From: the human T2T-CHM13v2.0 reference genome, Homo sapiens
Length of the DNA: 64,000 nt
Strand: one strand, 5' to 3'
Assembly (NCBI RefSeq): GCF_009914755.1
Contig: NC_060929.1
Shown: positions 44,436 to 63,633 of the stretch, piece by piece
How the letters are laid out: every line of letters starts with the position of its first letter
Position numbering within the stretch: position 1 is the first letter of the stretch
Notes under the pieces: generated by a model
Told to the model about the DNA's origin: nothing
Seen by the model: only the letters and a program-made list of their open reading frames with translations
Database searches by the model: none
Translations under genes and position numbers: made by a program

Positions 44436-44707
44436 CTAGAAGAGAGAGGACGGCACTGCAGTGCCCATGCTGGAGGCTTCCGTGCAGATCCCATTTCATT
44501 TGTGCCAGCCTCACACATTTCTCAGCCCTCCTACCCCACACCTGTCACCACCATCCTGACCATCTGCATCAGAATAAGCTGGGGAGTTGCTACCAATGCA
44601 TCTCCCGGGGGCCACTCCAAACCTGCAATTTGCCGTATCTGGAGTCCTCCTTTGAAAAGCTTGCTGTGTGATTGATGCCCACAGTCTGAGAATCTCTAGC
44701 AGAACTA

Positions 44708-44895
44708 GGCTTCTTCAGGTATGAGATCACCAGCATCAGAATCCCCTGGAACACTTAACTAAAATGCAGGTTTCCAGGCCCTGCTCCCCCAGATACCTTA
44801 GTTCAGCATATTTGGAGTGGAATTCAAGAGCCTATATTTTAAACAAGCATCTCAGGTGATTCTGGTATAGGAGGTTTGTAGACTACACTTGAAAA
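44708..44895. mobile_element. MER5-family hAT relic
   Basis: accagcatcagaatcccctgg..aaatgcaggtttccaggcc..attttaaacaagc..caggtgattct. Confidence 0.55.
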
Positions 44896-45222
44896 AGTCT
44901 GGGGCTTTCAGAGATACATGACTTCCTTGTGATTGCCTGCAGGAGTTTTATGCATATATGTACTTTTCTAAAGAGAATGTCCAGAGCTTATTCAAAGGGC
45001 CCAGAGTCCAAATAAAGGTTTAAAACCCCCAGTTGGAGGAGGACCCAATTTCAGAAGGAAAAGAGTAAGGTCATCCCAGTGTGGTTATTTTCCCAGCCAT
45101 CAGACCTCTTCCCCAACTAGCACTCACATGTAAACTGAGATACCAGTGCCTGCTATCAGAAGCTTAAGGAGGGAGGGTGATGGTTGTTGCCTAGGGACCC
45201 ATTGTGGGGAGAAGGTCCTTAC

Positions 45223-45389
45223 TTGAGATGGTGGTAGTCGTGGAATTCAGGCGAAGGCAGGAAGGGAAGGTGGTAGCCACAGTGGGAGATGGTGGTGATG
45301 ATGAGGGCCAAGGAAAACCACATGGTGATGGAGGACAAGTGGGAGCCCATTACTAATGGGCCCACTATCACCGGTAGCATGTTGGAGAC
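45223..45389 (-). CDS. FAXDC2: FAXDC2 exon: VSNMLPVIVGP...SHCGYHLPFLPSPEFHDYHHL
   Basis: AG/GT boundaries on the - strand; 167 nt; HDYHH histidine box. Confidence 0.97.
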
Positions 45390-45627
45390 CTGCAAGAGGA
45401 GGGATGATTGAAGGCAGGGTCCAGGGAGATGAAGGGACTTAGTTGGGTATACACTTAGTCCCAAGGTGGTACCAGAGGCAAACTTCCTTGACCCAGATCT
45501 GGAGAAGGTGAGAGTTTCGGGACTTTGATTTGTTGAAGGCATTCACCTTTGTAACTTGGGACAAATTACGCAGTTTGAGCCTCAACTTTCTTGTTAGCAA
45601 AATTAAGATTAAAAAGGTTGTTGGAGG

Positions 45628-46232
45628 AGCCAGGTGTGGTGATTCATGCCTGTAATCCCAGCAATTTGGGAGACAGAGGTGGGAGGATTGCTTGAGGCCA
45701 GGGGTTCCAGCCAGTCTGGGCAAAATAGCAGGATCCCGACTCTACAAAAAAATTTAAAAATTAGCCAGATGTGGCCAGGTGCGATGGCTCACTCCTATAA
45801 TCCCAACACTTTGGGAGGCCAAGGCGGGTAGATCACGAGGTCAGGAGTTTGAGACCAGCCTGACCAACATGGTGAAAACCTGTCCTACTAAAAATACAAA
45901 AATCAGCCAGGCGTGGTGGCACACGCCTGTAATCCCAGCTACTCAGGAGGCTGAGACAGGAGAATGGCTTGAACCCGGGAGGCGGGAGATTGCAGTGAGC
46001 CGAGATCATGCCATTGCACTCCAGCCAAGATGACACAGTGAGACTCCAGATTTGGTGGTGCACACGTGTGGTCTCAGCTATTTGGAAGTGCACACGTGTG
46101 GTCTCAGCTATTTGGAAGACTGAAGCTAGAGGATCACATGAGCCCAGGGGTTGGAGGCTGCAGTGAGCTATGATCACACCACTGCACTCCAACCTGGGTG
46201 ACAGAGCAAGACCCTGTCTCAAAAAGAAAAAA
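45628..46232 (+). mobile_element. AluJ-like element with a nested tailless Alu (about 45773-46046) in its middle A-rich region
   Basis: Host left arm, then a full Alu body, then the host right arm. Confidence 0.9.
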
Positions 46233-46434
46233 AGAAAGTTGTTGGGATGATTAAATGAGACAACTGTGTTAGCACTTAACATAGCCTGGCATATGGAAGG
46301 CTGACAATAAATGGTAGCTATTTTTAAATGGGAAGAAAAAGGGCCGGTGTGGTCTAAGTTCTCTGCAGGAGACCTTCAGGAAGGTGGTTGGGGCCATCTG
46401 CCCTTTGCTCTGGGGAGCATAGAGCTCTACTCAC

Positions 46435-46540
46435 TGCATGCTCTATAGGGTGGGCATAGAGAGAGATCACGCCAATGGGAGCTGTCCACTCATGGTGTTT
46501 CTTGTGGATTTTCTTGTAGAATGTTGGGTGGTGAAGGAGC
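46435..46540 (-). CDS. FAXDC2: FAXDC2 exon: (R)[35 protein letters not shown]
   Basis: 106 nt; HRLLH and HKKHH boxes of the sterol desaturase/fatty acid hydroxylase superfamily. Confidence 0.97.
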
Positions 46541-46906
46541 CTGGGGAAATAGTTAATAGTTAATAACCTGCTGATTCCTCTTTCTCCCTCCCCGACCAGA
46601 CCATGAGAAACCAAAAATAGGAACTAGGGGTTACATCCATGGAGCAAAGTTAACAACACCAAGACCTGCCTTCAAATTTCAACCCCAGCCCTTATACTGC
46701 ATAGTTTGGGAGTGGGTTGCTTTGCTTCTCTATGCCAGTTGTATTCGCTGTAAAATGGGATGCTGCCCAGAAAGGACTGAATAAGGAAATGAATGGGAAA
46801 CTGCCCTGGCTCCCACACAATCAGAGAGGCCTTTTCTCTTTTGGACATTCATTCCTCAGTTGTCCCAAGTTGTCAGTTATGAGACAACTAGTGGTCTCCC
46901 TGTTAA

Positions 46907-47276
<370 letters not shown>

Positions 47277-47349
47277 TCAGTTTCCTTGTTGATCAGTGAG
47301 CCCTAGACAGGATGAGGAGCCAGCTGTGCCTCAGGCAGGGCCTGCTCAC

Positions 47350-47555
47350 CGGTGTGAATAGTAGAACAAGACTTCCTCGATCAGCGTGAAGATGGCCAGC
47401 TCCAGGAGGAACCAGTGGAAGGTGGGTAGCTCACGGCGGCAGGGGTCTCTCCACCATTTGAGGAAGGGATAGAGGAAGACCACCATGGGGAAAGATATCA
47501 TGCACTGGTTGAAAAGAACTGTGCGGATAGACTGGCGCAGTTTCACAGGATCCAC
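47350..47555 (-). CDS. FAXDC2: FAXDC2 exon: VDPVKLRQSIRTVLFNQ...EEVLFYYSH(R)
   Basis: ggcag acceptor, cg|gtgagc donor; 206 nt; ORF 47346..47555. Confidence 0.97.
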
Positions 47556-48768
47556 CTGCCCAAGGGAAGGGAGGAGGGAGATGGATAAGAGTGTGAGAAG
47601 TAGGCTCCACCGTGACCTGCTTACAGGAGGCCCTCACTCTGGTTGGATTCTGGGAGAGATGTCGGGGGACAGCCAGTAGCTCCTGACTGCCACCCAGCTC
47701 TGGGCCTGGAAACGTTGCAGAATAAGGCCCTGGCTGCTAGGCAGGTGAGTAATACCCCTGTCCTTGGAAACTTCAGCAGCCTTCAGTCTGTGTCGGAACC
47801 TGCCTTCTTCCTGGTTCTGCACATTATCACCACTGCCCTCCCCATTTCTCTGGCCAGGCCCCATGTATTTACAGGTAACTTGGGTAGCCTCCATGGTGCT
47901 TGGAGAAGGCTGTGACTTTCTGAGTGATACCCCATTTCAGCCATTTAGCCCCTCTTCATCAGAGAACCTTGTTCATGATTGGATGCAGAGATCAAGATCA
48001 TCTGCCTCCTCAAGTGGTCCAGCCTCCCTGCAGTAGGCCCAGAGCAAAGAAGCAGGTAAGCCAAGGAACTGCTTATCCAGCTTCTTGACCAACTTGCTGG
48101 TTTTCACAGTGATGCTGTGAAGATGGGGGCCTGCCCAAGCATTTCCACCAGGGTCCACTGTACAGAGCTGGTCCCAAGTGTCCAAAGTCCATTTGGCCTC
48201 AATACTGCAGCCAATATTTCCCCCAGAATCAGCAACCCTTTGACCCTTCCCTTTGTCAGAGCACTGGGGCTCCAGGCAACAGTCCTGTGACCATAGATTA
48301 CTTCCTGGATCCTGATGAACTTGTTTGGTTAGAAGGGATTTCTCCAAGTTCCCTCTGTGAGCTGGAGGGATTTCTGCCCCAAAGCGCGACAGGTTCAGAA
48401 TGGTCCCCAGCTTGAGGCCTGCCTCTTCCTCCAGCCTTTCCAGGCACTGCATGCATTAACTGATTTCAGAATTCACTCTTTGTTTACTTCCATCCCATTG
48501 CGAGGCCAGGTCTCGCCAGCCTGTTGTGAGAGGACATGTTAGGTGAGGCCATTACACCTTCTGGAAACCTTGACCAAGAGGCGGGGTATCACATCTATCT
48601 ATTCATTTATTTATTTAACTGATATTTATTGAGTACCCACTATGTAGCACTCAGTGTACTGGGTGTTGAAAATAAAGCATGAGCAAAACAAAGATTCCTG
48701 CCCCCATGGAATTTATGTTCCAGTGAGAAAGGTAGACTAGACACAACAAATATAAAAACATATATATC

Positions 48769-49634
<866 letters not shown>

Positions 49635-49639
49635 GCAGT

Positions 49640-50700
<1,061 letters not shown>

Positions 50701-50988
50701 GAGGAGGTTTATAGAGAAAATGAGACAATGCTTTTGTGATTACTTTAGGAGAGATGCAGGCTAAAGGATTTAGGGGTCAAGTTTTATGATGTTTCAAACT
50801 CACTTTCAAATAGGAAAAATGTATAGATGCATATATATTTATATTTTTATATATAAAGCAAAAATATTTAAAATTGGTGAATCTAAGTGATATGTAAATG
50901 CATAATTCTTACATTATTTTTCAACCTTCTGTATGTATTTTTAACATTTTTCATAATTACAGGATGTTGGGGAAAAGAGTAGACAGAT

Positions 50989-51285
50989 GGCCGGGCGTGG
51001 TGTCTCACGCCTTTTATCCCAGCACTTGGGGAGTCCGAGGCTAGTGGATCACCTGAGGCCAGGAGTTCGAGACCAGCCTGGCCAACATGGTGAAACCCCA
51101 TCTCTACTGAAAATACAAAAATTACCCAGGCGTGATGGCACACGCCTGTAATCCCAGCTACTTGGAAGGCTGAGGCAGGAGAATTGCTTGAACCCAGGAA
51201 GTGGAGGTTACGGTGAGCCAAGATCGCAGTGCCACTGCACTCCAGCCTGGGTGACAGAGGGAGACTGTCTCAAAAAAAAAAAAAA
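50989..51285 (+). mobile_element. AluS-type element
   Basis: Full dimer; TSD aagagt(a/g)gacaga. Confidence 0.94.
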
Positions 51286-51383
51286 ACCAACAAAACCCAA
51301 ATAAGAGTGGACAGACAGGAATTGGAAACTATAAAGATAACTCTCTCAAAGAACTTTGCTAGTTAAGAGTTGTTTTTTCTGTT

Positions 51384-51387
<4 letters not shown>

Positions 51388-51426
<39 letters not shown>
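51388..51426. repeat. (TG)n microsatellite
   Basis: About 19 uninterrupted TG units. Confidence 0.97.
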
Positions 51427-51430
<4 letters not shown>

Positions 51431-51433
51431 CTG

Positions 51434-53159
<1,726 letters not shown>

Positions 53160-53423
53160 TAAATTTTCTTAGTGAAATGGGAAGCAAGGCCCCTCCCTCT
53201 GCCAGCAGTTAGGGGAGGAGGTGTGAACTAGCCATTCAGGCAGTGGGAGAGTAAACAGAGCAGGAATGGATCATAGGAACACCAGGTAGCATTCAGCTCC
53301 CCACTTGAGGATCTGTTTCTGATGTGTTAGTTCAGGGGCCAGTCCTTCCTTGAAACAGCCAAAGATTAAATGGCCTCGTGAGGTTCTTTCCTGCTTGTGT
53401 GCCCACTTGAGGGTGCATGTGGT

Positions 53424-53506
53424 ACAGGAACACTGGACTTGGTGTCAGATGGGATGAGCCCTGGCTCTGTTTCCTAGCAGCAATCTGATCTTGAGCTAGT
53501 CACTGG
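53424..53506 (+). ncRNA. MIR378H: MIR378H annotated precursor (mature-like ACTGGACTTGGTGTCAGATGG at 53432-53452)
   Basis: Matches the recalled miR-378h sequence; lies in a MIR-like SINE, antisense within a FAXDC2 intron. Confidence 0.8.
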
Positions 53507-54766
53507 ACATTTCTGAACCTCAGCTTCTGCAGAATGCAATGACATCTTCCAATGTAGCTCTGTAGTCATTGTGTAGACCACAAGGTTGTACAGACGGCAG
53601 GTAATATTCTGGAGAGCCAATTAAGAATGTGAGCCCTGAAGTCACAAAGCCTGCATTTGAATCATAGTTTACCCGTGTAACACCTCTGTTTCCTCATCTG
53701 AACAGTGAAGGTTCTTGGCCTCAGTTGAAGATGTGAGCATTTAGTCAGTGGTGCTACAACAGCCGTGGTTGACAGATGAAGTGTTCTCAAGGACCAAGCA
53801 CAGGGTTTGACACTTTAGGCTCTGATTCATGTCCTGCCAAGCTGGGCCTGGAGGAAGCCCCCAAGCCTGGCTGGCAGCTGTTGTCCCAAGTGAGGGGGAC
53901 AGTAAGCCAGGCCAGCAGTCCAGTTCAGGAAGGGGCCCACTTCAAAGGAGTGGGTCAAGAGCACTGTTTGCCTTTCTGGAGTGCTGGGCTGGGGCAAAAG
54001 GACCTGAGAGCTGAGGTGGTTCACCCAGACACCTGGGCAGATGACTAAAAGATGATTGTCTTGTCTGGGAAAGAAGCCAGGATGTGGTTTGGGTGGAGCT
54101 GGGTAAAGAACCTGGGTTTCAGAATCAACTTCTTCCTTGTTGTGTAGGAAAAGGCGAGCCAGACTCAGGGAACAGTGGGACCCACTTCCCGGCGCTGTGC
54201 AAGTCAGAGTTCCTTGTAAGCAGGGTCTGGGCCTCACTTATCATGGATTTGCCCTGGTGCCTTTCACTATTGGTCGAATTGAGTATTTCGGAAGGAGAAC
54301 TTGTTTAAAAGACAGCCACCGCCCACACATTCAGAATCCATACTATCCGTCTATTACAGTGGAGTTATCCATTGTTTTCGCAGCTGTCTCCCTCTCTCAT
54401 AACAACAGCTGTTACCCATATTCTAGCATCCACCCATTGCTGTCTCCATTCCTATGGGTAAAGTGGAGTTGCCTGCCTTCTCAGTGCCAGGCTGACCACA
54501 GTGCCATGGGGCACCACAGGCAGGTCCAGAGCCTGGGCCAGGAATCAAGAGACCAGAACACTGGTCTTGACTGGCCACTAGCTGAGTGACTCTGAGGTTG
54601 TGGGCAAATTATTTCCTCTCTTTAACCTTCTAAACTGGGGGAGCCTTGTTGCTAATAACTTGGCTCACACTGGCCAGGTCTCTCCTGGGCCAGTGGTGAG
54701 AATTCTGAGAGTGTGGCTTTGGCTCTTGCTTTCTGTGCTTTGACCAGAAGTTGCAACAACACTTAC

Positions 54767-54888
54767 AGGTTCATTCTTGCCGACCTGAATTCGGTAGCGA
54801 GAGATGAAGTTAGGTTTTCCTGTTGTGTCAACCACCAATAGAAGCCCATTGAAGCTCCAGAAGAAGAGACAAGGCACTTGGATGGCAC
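54767..54888 (-). CDS. FAXDC2: FAXDC2 exon: (G)AIQVPCLFFWSFNGLLLVVDTTGKPNFISRYRIQVGKNEP
   Basis: ctcag acceptor, cct|gtaagt donor; 122 nt; RYRIQ motif. Confidence 0.96.
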
Positions 54889-56146
54889 CTGAGATTGGGA
54901 AACAGAAACAGTCAGGGCGACTTTGGGTTCTCACAGCACATAGACTAACAGAACATACTTTTTTGTGGTGACTGAGGCTTCATCCTAGACATTTCTTTGC
55001 CAGGGAGGTCTTAGGGCTTGGGACCAAGGGGTTACCTGTAGTCTTGGGTAGGAACTTGGACAGGCCATTTAAGGAGTGTCTCCATTTTCTTAGCCATAAA
55101 ATAGGGACAACCTTCAAGGTGGTTGGTGGTTTTCATATAAATACATATGAAAGTATGTTAAGATATATAATACCCTCTAAAATAGAAATGAATTCAGGTT
55201 GACATTTGGGAGTCTGCGCCCACTGAACCCTTTATGAATTGCCAAGGAAGGAGAAGCAAAGGAAGTACTCTGTATGGTATGGGTCACAGTGAGCCCTGGG
55301 CTAGGAGTCAGTCAGGAAACTTAATCCCTGTCATCCTACTAACTGAGCAGCAGAACTTCAGGTGTCATCTAGTCAGTATAAGTGGAAAACTCATCGTTGT
55401 TTTTTTTTTGTTGTTTGTTTGTTTGTTTTTTTGAGACAAAGCCTCTCTCTGTCATCCAGGCTGGAAGTGCAGTTGTGTGATCATGGCTCACTGTAGCCTC
55501 GACCTGCCAAGCCGAAGTGATCCTCTTGCTTCAGCCTCCTGAATAGTTGGGGCTACCGGCACCTGCCACCATGCCCAGCTAGGACTCGGCTTTGCTTAAT
55601 TCCATGTCTGTGCCCCTCCACCAGCACCCTTCATGCTCCATCAACCGAAGTAACTGTGGCGGCTGGGACTTGGAAAATACTTGCCAGCACTGTAGGGGAG
55701 TAGGATTGGTACAAACCTTCTAGAGGGCAATTTGGCAGTAACTGAAGTAATAAAGTGAGAGAGTCAGAGAGCCAAGACAGAAAGGGAGAAAGAAGAAAAG
55801 GACACACGTCTGTTTGTATGCATAAATGTCCGTCACAGCATTAAAAAAAAAATTTAAGCAGCCTAAATACCCATTAGTAGGGAAGGGACTAAACAGATTA
55901 GAGTATTTCCATATAATGGAATAGAATGGGAAGCTTAGAGTATTAAGTAAGGCTACATTAATAGGCATGGAAAGATACCTACAATCTATTCAATGAAAAA
56001 AAGATTTAAAAATAGTTGGTATCTCATAAGTACAACTATATACCCAATATATAAAAGATGCACACTAATATATAAACAGTGGTTATTTCTTGAAGGTAAG
56101 ACAGTGGGTGATTTTCACACTTTCTATGCTTATTTGAATTGCCTGA

Positions 56147-56465
<319 letters not shown>

Positions 56466-56975
56466 CCATATTTACTTTTATACCCAGAAAAAATAAACTA
56501 TTTTTTACTTTGGAAAAAAAAGGCTGATGGTTACCCAGTGGGCCATCCAAGGTGTCTACCTACTTGGAACTTCAAAGGCTGCCTGAGGAATACAGATGAA
56601 AAGCACACCGTAAGACGATCTTAAACTTCTTCTAGCTCTAACACTTAAAATTGGAAATATTTTCTCTCTCTCATATTGGCTTATCACCAAGGTAATAGGT
56701 AATTTTCACAGGATTGTACCTAACATATATAAAATATTTGAGGTTTTTTTAGATTGCAGGTTCAAGCTAATAAAGTTTTTCTACCACCTTCTCCATATAC
56801 ATAGGTAATCTGCATTGTTCAATGACTGCTTAAGATCCCATTAAATCTGTCATATTTAATGTTCAGCCCATTGTCAGAGTCCTCCTTCTAGTTGAAAACA
56901 ATCCTCAGGTGCATTTTGCTTTATAGCAACTGACACTTTTTATCTTCCCTTCTAGACTATGACATCATTTTTTAA

Positions 56976-57933
<958 letters not shown>

Positions 57934-58590
57934 TCCCATCTTAAATATTTCTATATCCTCGATACAAGTGTAGCACATAGTAACATTATATATTATATGT
58001 CATATTAATAATATAAATAAATGTATATTATATATAATATATATTAAATAAATTGTATATAATTATTATTTGAGTGAATGTATGATCGAGGACATTCACT
58101 ATTATAGATAATGCTGTTATAAATATCTATGTTTACATGGCTTTTCCTTCCATCTATTTACTTAGGCTTGTTTGGAGCCATTGAAGCTGTCAGTAAATAT
58201 TTATTGACTGGCCACTTGCTGTCAAGCACTGACTGTACCAGGTACAGGGTACATAGTCTCAGACAAGACAGGGCAGCTCTCTGTGCTTGTGGAATTAAGT
58301 GTAGAAACAGGATTATTGCTCTAAATGTGCATTCATTTTTACATAAAATATTTCTTATTTTTCTATATTTTGGGAGGAGTCTTAACTTCTCAGCTTCTTT
58401 TTTTAGACATCCTGTTTTCAGACTGCCCACAAGTTTAGTATTCTTTGGGACTACCACTTTTTTGAAGTTCAAGTCCTCATCCCTTGGAATAATAAACTGA
58501 AAAGTCCCAAAGTAGAGAACAAAACAACAAAAAGAATTAAGTTATAATCATGCACCCACATGCTAGGTGCTGGTGGTCTGGGAACCTCAC

Positions 58591-58694
58591 CTATAAAGAA
58601 GAGGATCCACTCCTTCCCTTCAAATGTAGTCAGCAGCCTCTCCCACTGGGCTTGCCAAAAGTAGCCAGAAGCACCCCAAAATCTCTGAAGATGC
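58591..58694 (-). CDS. FAXDC2: FAXDC2 exon: (W)HLQRFWGASGYFWQAQWERLLTTFEGKEWILFFI
   Basis: ttttttttccaag acceptor, tag|gtgagg donor; 104 nt; phase-consistent. Confidence 0.94.
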
Positions 58695-58808
58695 CTTGGA
58701 AAAAAAACCAGGTTTCTGGGTGAAGACTAGTGGGTGGACAGCTCCTTCCCCTATGCTCTGCCCCCGACCACCACCACACTGCACCCTAGCTGGGTGGAGC
58801 CGACTTAC

Positions 58809-58900
58809 CATGTCACTGAGTTCCAGAAGGCCACAAATGAGAGAAGTCCAGAGCCCAGGATGAAAGCTGTCCTCCTCATAGAGCCCCAGATGTGTCCCTC
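58809..58900 (-). CDS. FAXDC2: FAXDC2 exon: EGHIWGSMRRTAFILGSGLLSFVAFWNSVT(W)
   Basis: ctccag acceptor, atg|gtaagt donor; 92 nt. Confidence 0.94.
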
Positions 58901-59541
58901 CTGGAGGAGGGCAGGGAAGTGTCAGACCCCAGCAAGCCTCCTGCCTTTACACCCAGCTCACTGCTGAGGCACAGCGGGAGTGCTGTAGGATCAGCATCTC
59001 AACCAACCAGGAAGGCACATCTGCGTTTTCCAGCTGGCCTTTTCCAGCTTCTGTGGGAGCCTCTTCCTTATCAGGAGCTCTCAGGCTGTACATGGGTGTG
59101 TTTATGAAAATTAGAGCTCAAGTTGGGGGAGGGAAGGGAATTAGCCTGACTCCAGAGAAACTAGCAGGCAATTCTGTCAGTCAGAGGACAGGCGAGCCTC
59201 TATCAGCCATAGGATTTCATCACCAGTCCTCTTGGCAAATGGAGATACCCATTATCTACACATTGAAATCACCTGGGAGCTTAAAAAAAGTCCCAATACC
59301 CAGGGTCCCCTCCAATCCAATTACATAAAGAGTCCCTGGGGGTGGGACCTGGGCTCCCCAGTTAATTCCAATGGGCAGGCAAGGTTGAGATAGTCATCAT
59401 AGCAGCATCTGCCAAAACCATGATGAGGAAATCCTTTCCCAGTCATACAGGCTTCACTGTGTGCATAGGCCAGGCCCATTTCTTCCATCCCTACCCTCCT
59501 CTTATTTTAGAAGGAAAGAGTGAATTGTACACGTTTTCTGA

Positions 59542-60163
<622 letters not shown>

Positions 60164-60624
60164 ACTTTCTGACTTTTAATAACCCCTCTCTGCCTTCCAG
60201 CAAGATTAGCCCAGGCTCCCAGCTGGACAAGACGACTAGCCATTCTGAGGGTCAAGGAGAGACCACTGGAAATCACTGAGAGGTCCTTGTATATTCTCCT
60301 CCAAAAGGTTCTCCTCTAAACCAGAAGTCATTGTGAGCTCGATGACCAAACAATGCCCCAGATTCAGAGAGGGAAAACACCAGCTGCCAGGTGTATCACC
60401 AATTTCCGTTGTACGACAGACAGGAATTACAGATGACCCACTCATATCCCGTTTCTAAACTCAGACGGGGTCTGCTCATATTCTTTCATAGGAAAGAACT
60501 GGAGGTGGTGGTCCCTACCCTGTGTGTGCCTGGGGCTCATCTGCAATTAGCTAATGGGGCCATGTACAGGGTGTCAGAGGGGATGTTGGAGGAGCTGATC
60601 TAATAGGACACTACTTTTTTACTT

Positions 60625-60940
60625 TTTTTTTTAATTGAGACAGTCTTACTGTGTTGCCCAGGCTGGAGTGCAGTGGTGCAGTCTCGGCTCACTGCAATCT
60701 CCACCTTCCAAGTTCAAGCGATTCTTGCCTCCCAAGTTCAAGCAATTCTCCTGCCTTAGCCTCCGGAGTAGCTGGGATTGCAGGTGCCTGCCACCAAGCC
60801 CGGCTAAATTTTGGATTTTTAGTAGAGATGGGGTTTCGCCATGTTGGCAAGGCTGGTCTTGAACTCCTGACCTCAGGTGATCTGCCTGTCTCAGCATCCC
60901 AAAATGCTGGGATTACAAGCATGTGCCACTACACCTGGCC
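60625..60940 (-). mobile_element. Alu with a small (~24 bp) internal duplication
   Basis: ccaagttcaagc(g/a)attc repeated. Confidence 0.9.
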
Positions 60941-62096
60941 AGGACACTACATTTTAATCCAGACTTTCAAGATCTGAGGAAACATTGTTTTAATTCACCC
61001 CTTCTAAGCAATCTGAATCTGCACTGAACTGTTTCTTCTCAGCATTATCCTATCCCACTTCTGATCAAAAGACCAAGCAGAAGTCATTTTTCATGGGCAG
61101 GGATGTTTTTTTGAAGGGCTAGTCCTGAGCTTTGGAAATGAGCATGCTCACTCACTGACTCGCATTCTCTCACGTGCACACACTCTCTCTCTCTCTCTCA
61201 GGCTGGATTGGCCAGACCAATTGGAGGAACTTGCTCTTTTTTTTGTTTTTTTGTTTGTTTGTTTGTTTGTTTGTTTTTGAGCCAATGTTATTCTCTGTCA
61301 CCCAGGTTGGTCCAAAACTCTTGGCCTCATGTGATCTTCCAGCCTTAGTCTCCCAAAGTGCTGGGATTACAGGTGTGAGCCACTGTAACCCACCAGAACT
61401 TGTTCTTTTACATGGGCCATTCAAAGGTCGCCCTGTGTTTGCTAGACTGGTGACCTTGGGCTTTTCCAGTTATTCCTTTGTTTGGAATTTAAGGGCTCTT
61501 TTCAGGAACTTTTCTAGACTCATTGGAAGTTTTAATCTTCTGAGTTTGATCAAACCAAATTAAGTCAAATTAAAACCTCAGTTTCACATACAGGATTAGA
61601 TATTTGTTCGGGGATGTTGGGTTTTTTCATCTCTCTAGCAGCCCAGGTGAAGGAAATATAAACAGGACAAAGGTCCTCTGTGAAGTGCAGGAAAACGCAG
61701 TGCAGGAGTTAGCTGGGGTCAAGGGCCAGTTCTCAGCTACCTCCAGAAAGCCTCTGTTGTCCCCAGGAAAGTTATAGAAAGGGGTTTTCCAAAGGCCCGA
61801 GGCATAGGACATGCCAAGGGCTACAGGCAGGAGAGCCAAGAGGAGAAGGGAGGACAGTTACAATGCTTTTCAATTCCATAACGCACATTCGCAGTCTGCA
61901 TTCAGGCAAAGGGGTTGTGGGTAAAAGGCAGTTGGCAGTCAAGTGAACTCTGCTCAGTTACTGAAAATGAAGACATTACCATGTGTCAGCCACCCCTAAA
62001 CCTTGGGGGAGATGTTGGATGCATAGCAAGTGCAGCTATGGCAAAGAGCCACTGACTACATTCTCACCAGTTTGGGGGCAAGGTGCTGGCATTTAC

Positions 62097-62144
62097 CTGC
62101 TTTGACTTTTCATTGTGTAGCATATGTCCAGCTTCTCCTTTCAT
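62097..62144 (-). CDS. FAXDC2: FAXDC2 first coding exon: MKGEAGHMLHNEKSKQ
   Basis: ttctcattccag|ATG acceptor, cag|gtaaat donor; 48 nt. All 8 exons sum to 1002 nt = 333 aa plus stop. The non-coding first exon was not identified in the window. Confidence 0.9.
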
Positions 62145-62574
62145 CTGGAATGAGAAAGCACAGGCGAGCCGGGGAGTTATTTTCATAAACATCTAAGGAA
62201 GTAGGGAGTGGAGAAAGTCAAAGTGTATGGCTAGCAGTGATTTTTGAAAAAAAAAAAAATTGGCTTGTTGTTCTTCCTGAAACCAGACAAATTGATTTGA
62301 AAACTTAATGGAGAGATAAATGTACAAGAATAGCTAGAAAAATGCCAGAAAAGAAAAAGAGTGGTGGAAGGGAGGGGGCTACTAGGTCTACCAACTACAA
62401 AAAATGTATGATAATGCTTTTTTAAGAGACAGGGTCCCACTACGTTGCCCAGGCTGGTCTCAAACTCCTGTCTTCATTTCTCCCTTTTATTAGAGAGCTG
62501 TTGCTGTAAGAGAAAAAAATGAACTTACCCAGAACTCAAAGAGTAGTTCTAGCAAGTTGGTTTGGTTTGTTCTT

Positions 62575-62832
62575 TTTTTTTTGAGACAGAGTCTCGCTCT
62601 GTCGCCCAGGCTGGAGTGCAGTGGCACAATCTTGGCTCACTGCAAGCTCTGCCTCCCAGGTTCACGCCATTCTCCTGCTCAGCCTCCTGAGTAGCTGGGA
62701 CTACAGGCTTCCACCACCACGCCCGGCTAATTTTTTGTATTTTTAGTAGAGACAGGGTTTCACCGTGTTAGCCAGGATGGTCTCGATCTCCTGGCCTTGT
62801 GATCCGCCAGCCTCGGCCTCCCAAAGTGCTGG
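62575..62832 (-). mobile_element. AluY-like element, 5'-truncated
   Basis: Alu reverse complement; TSD tggtttgttcttt. Confidence 0.92.
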
Positions 62833-63008
62833 TTTGTTCTTTAGTATTACTTGTTGGTTGGTTTAAAAACATGGACCAAGATTTTTCTGAAACCAATCAA
62901 CAGTTCTATGGAAAAGAAAAAGGATATGAATATCAGGCATTAACCTCCTTTAAAAATGCAGCCTAACAAGAATTGGCTAGAAGGACAATCATTAGAAATA
63001 TGTCTGAG

Positions 63009-63633
<625 letters not shown>

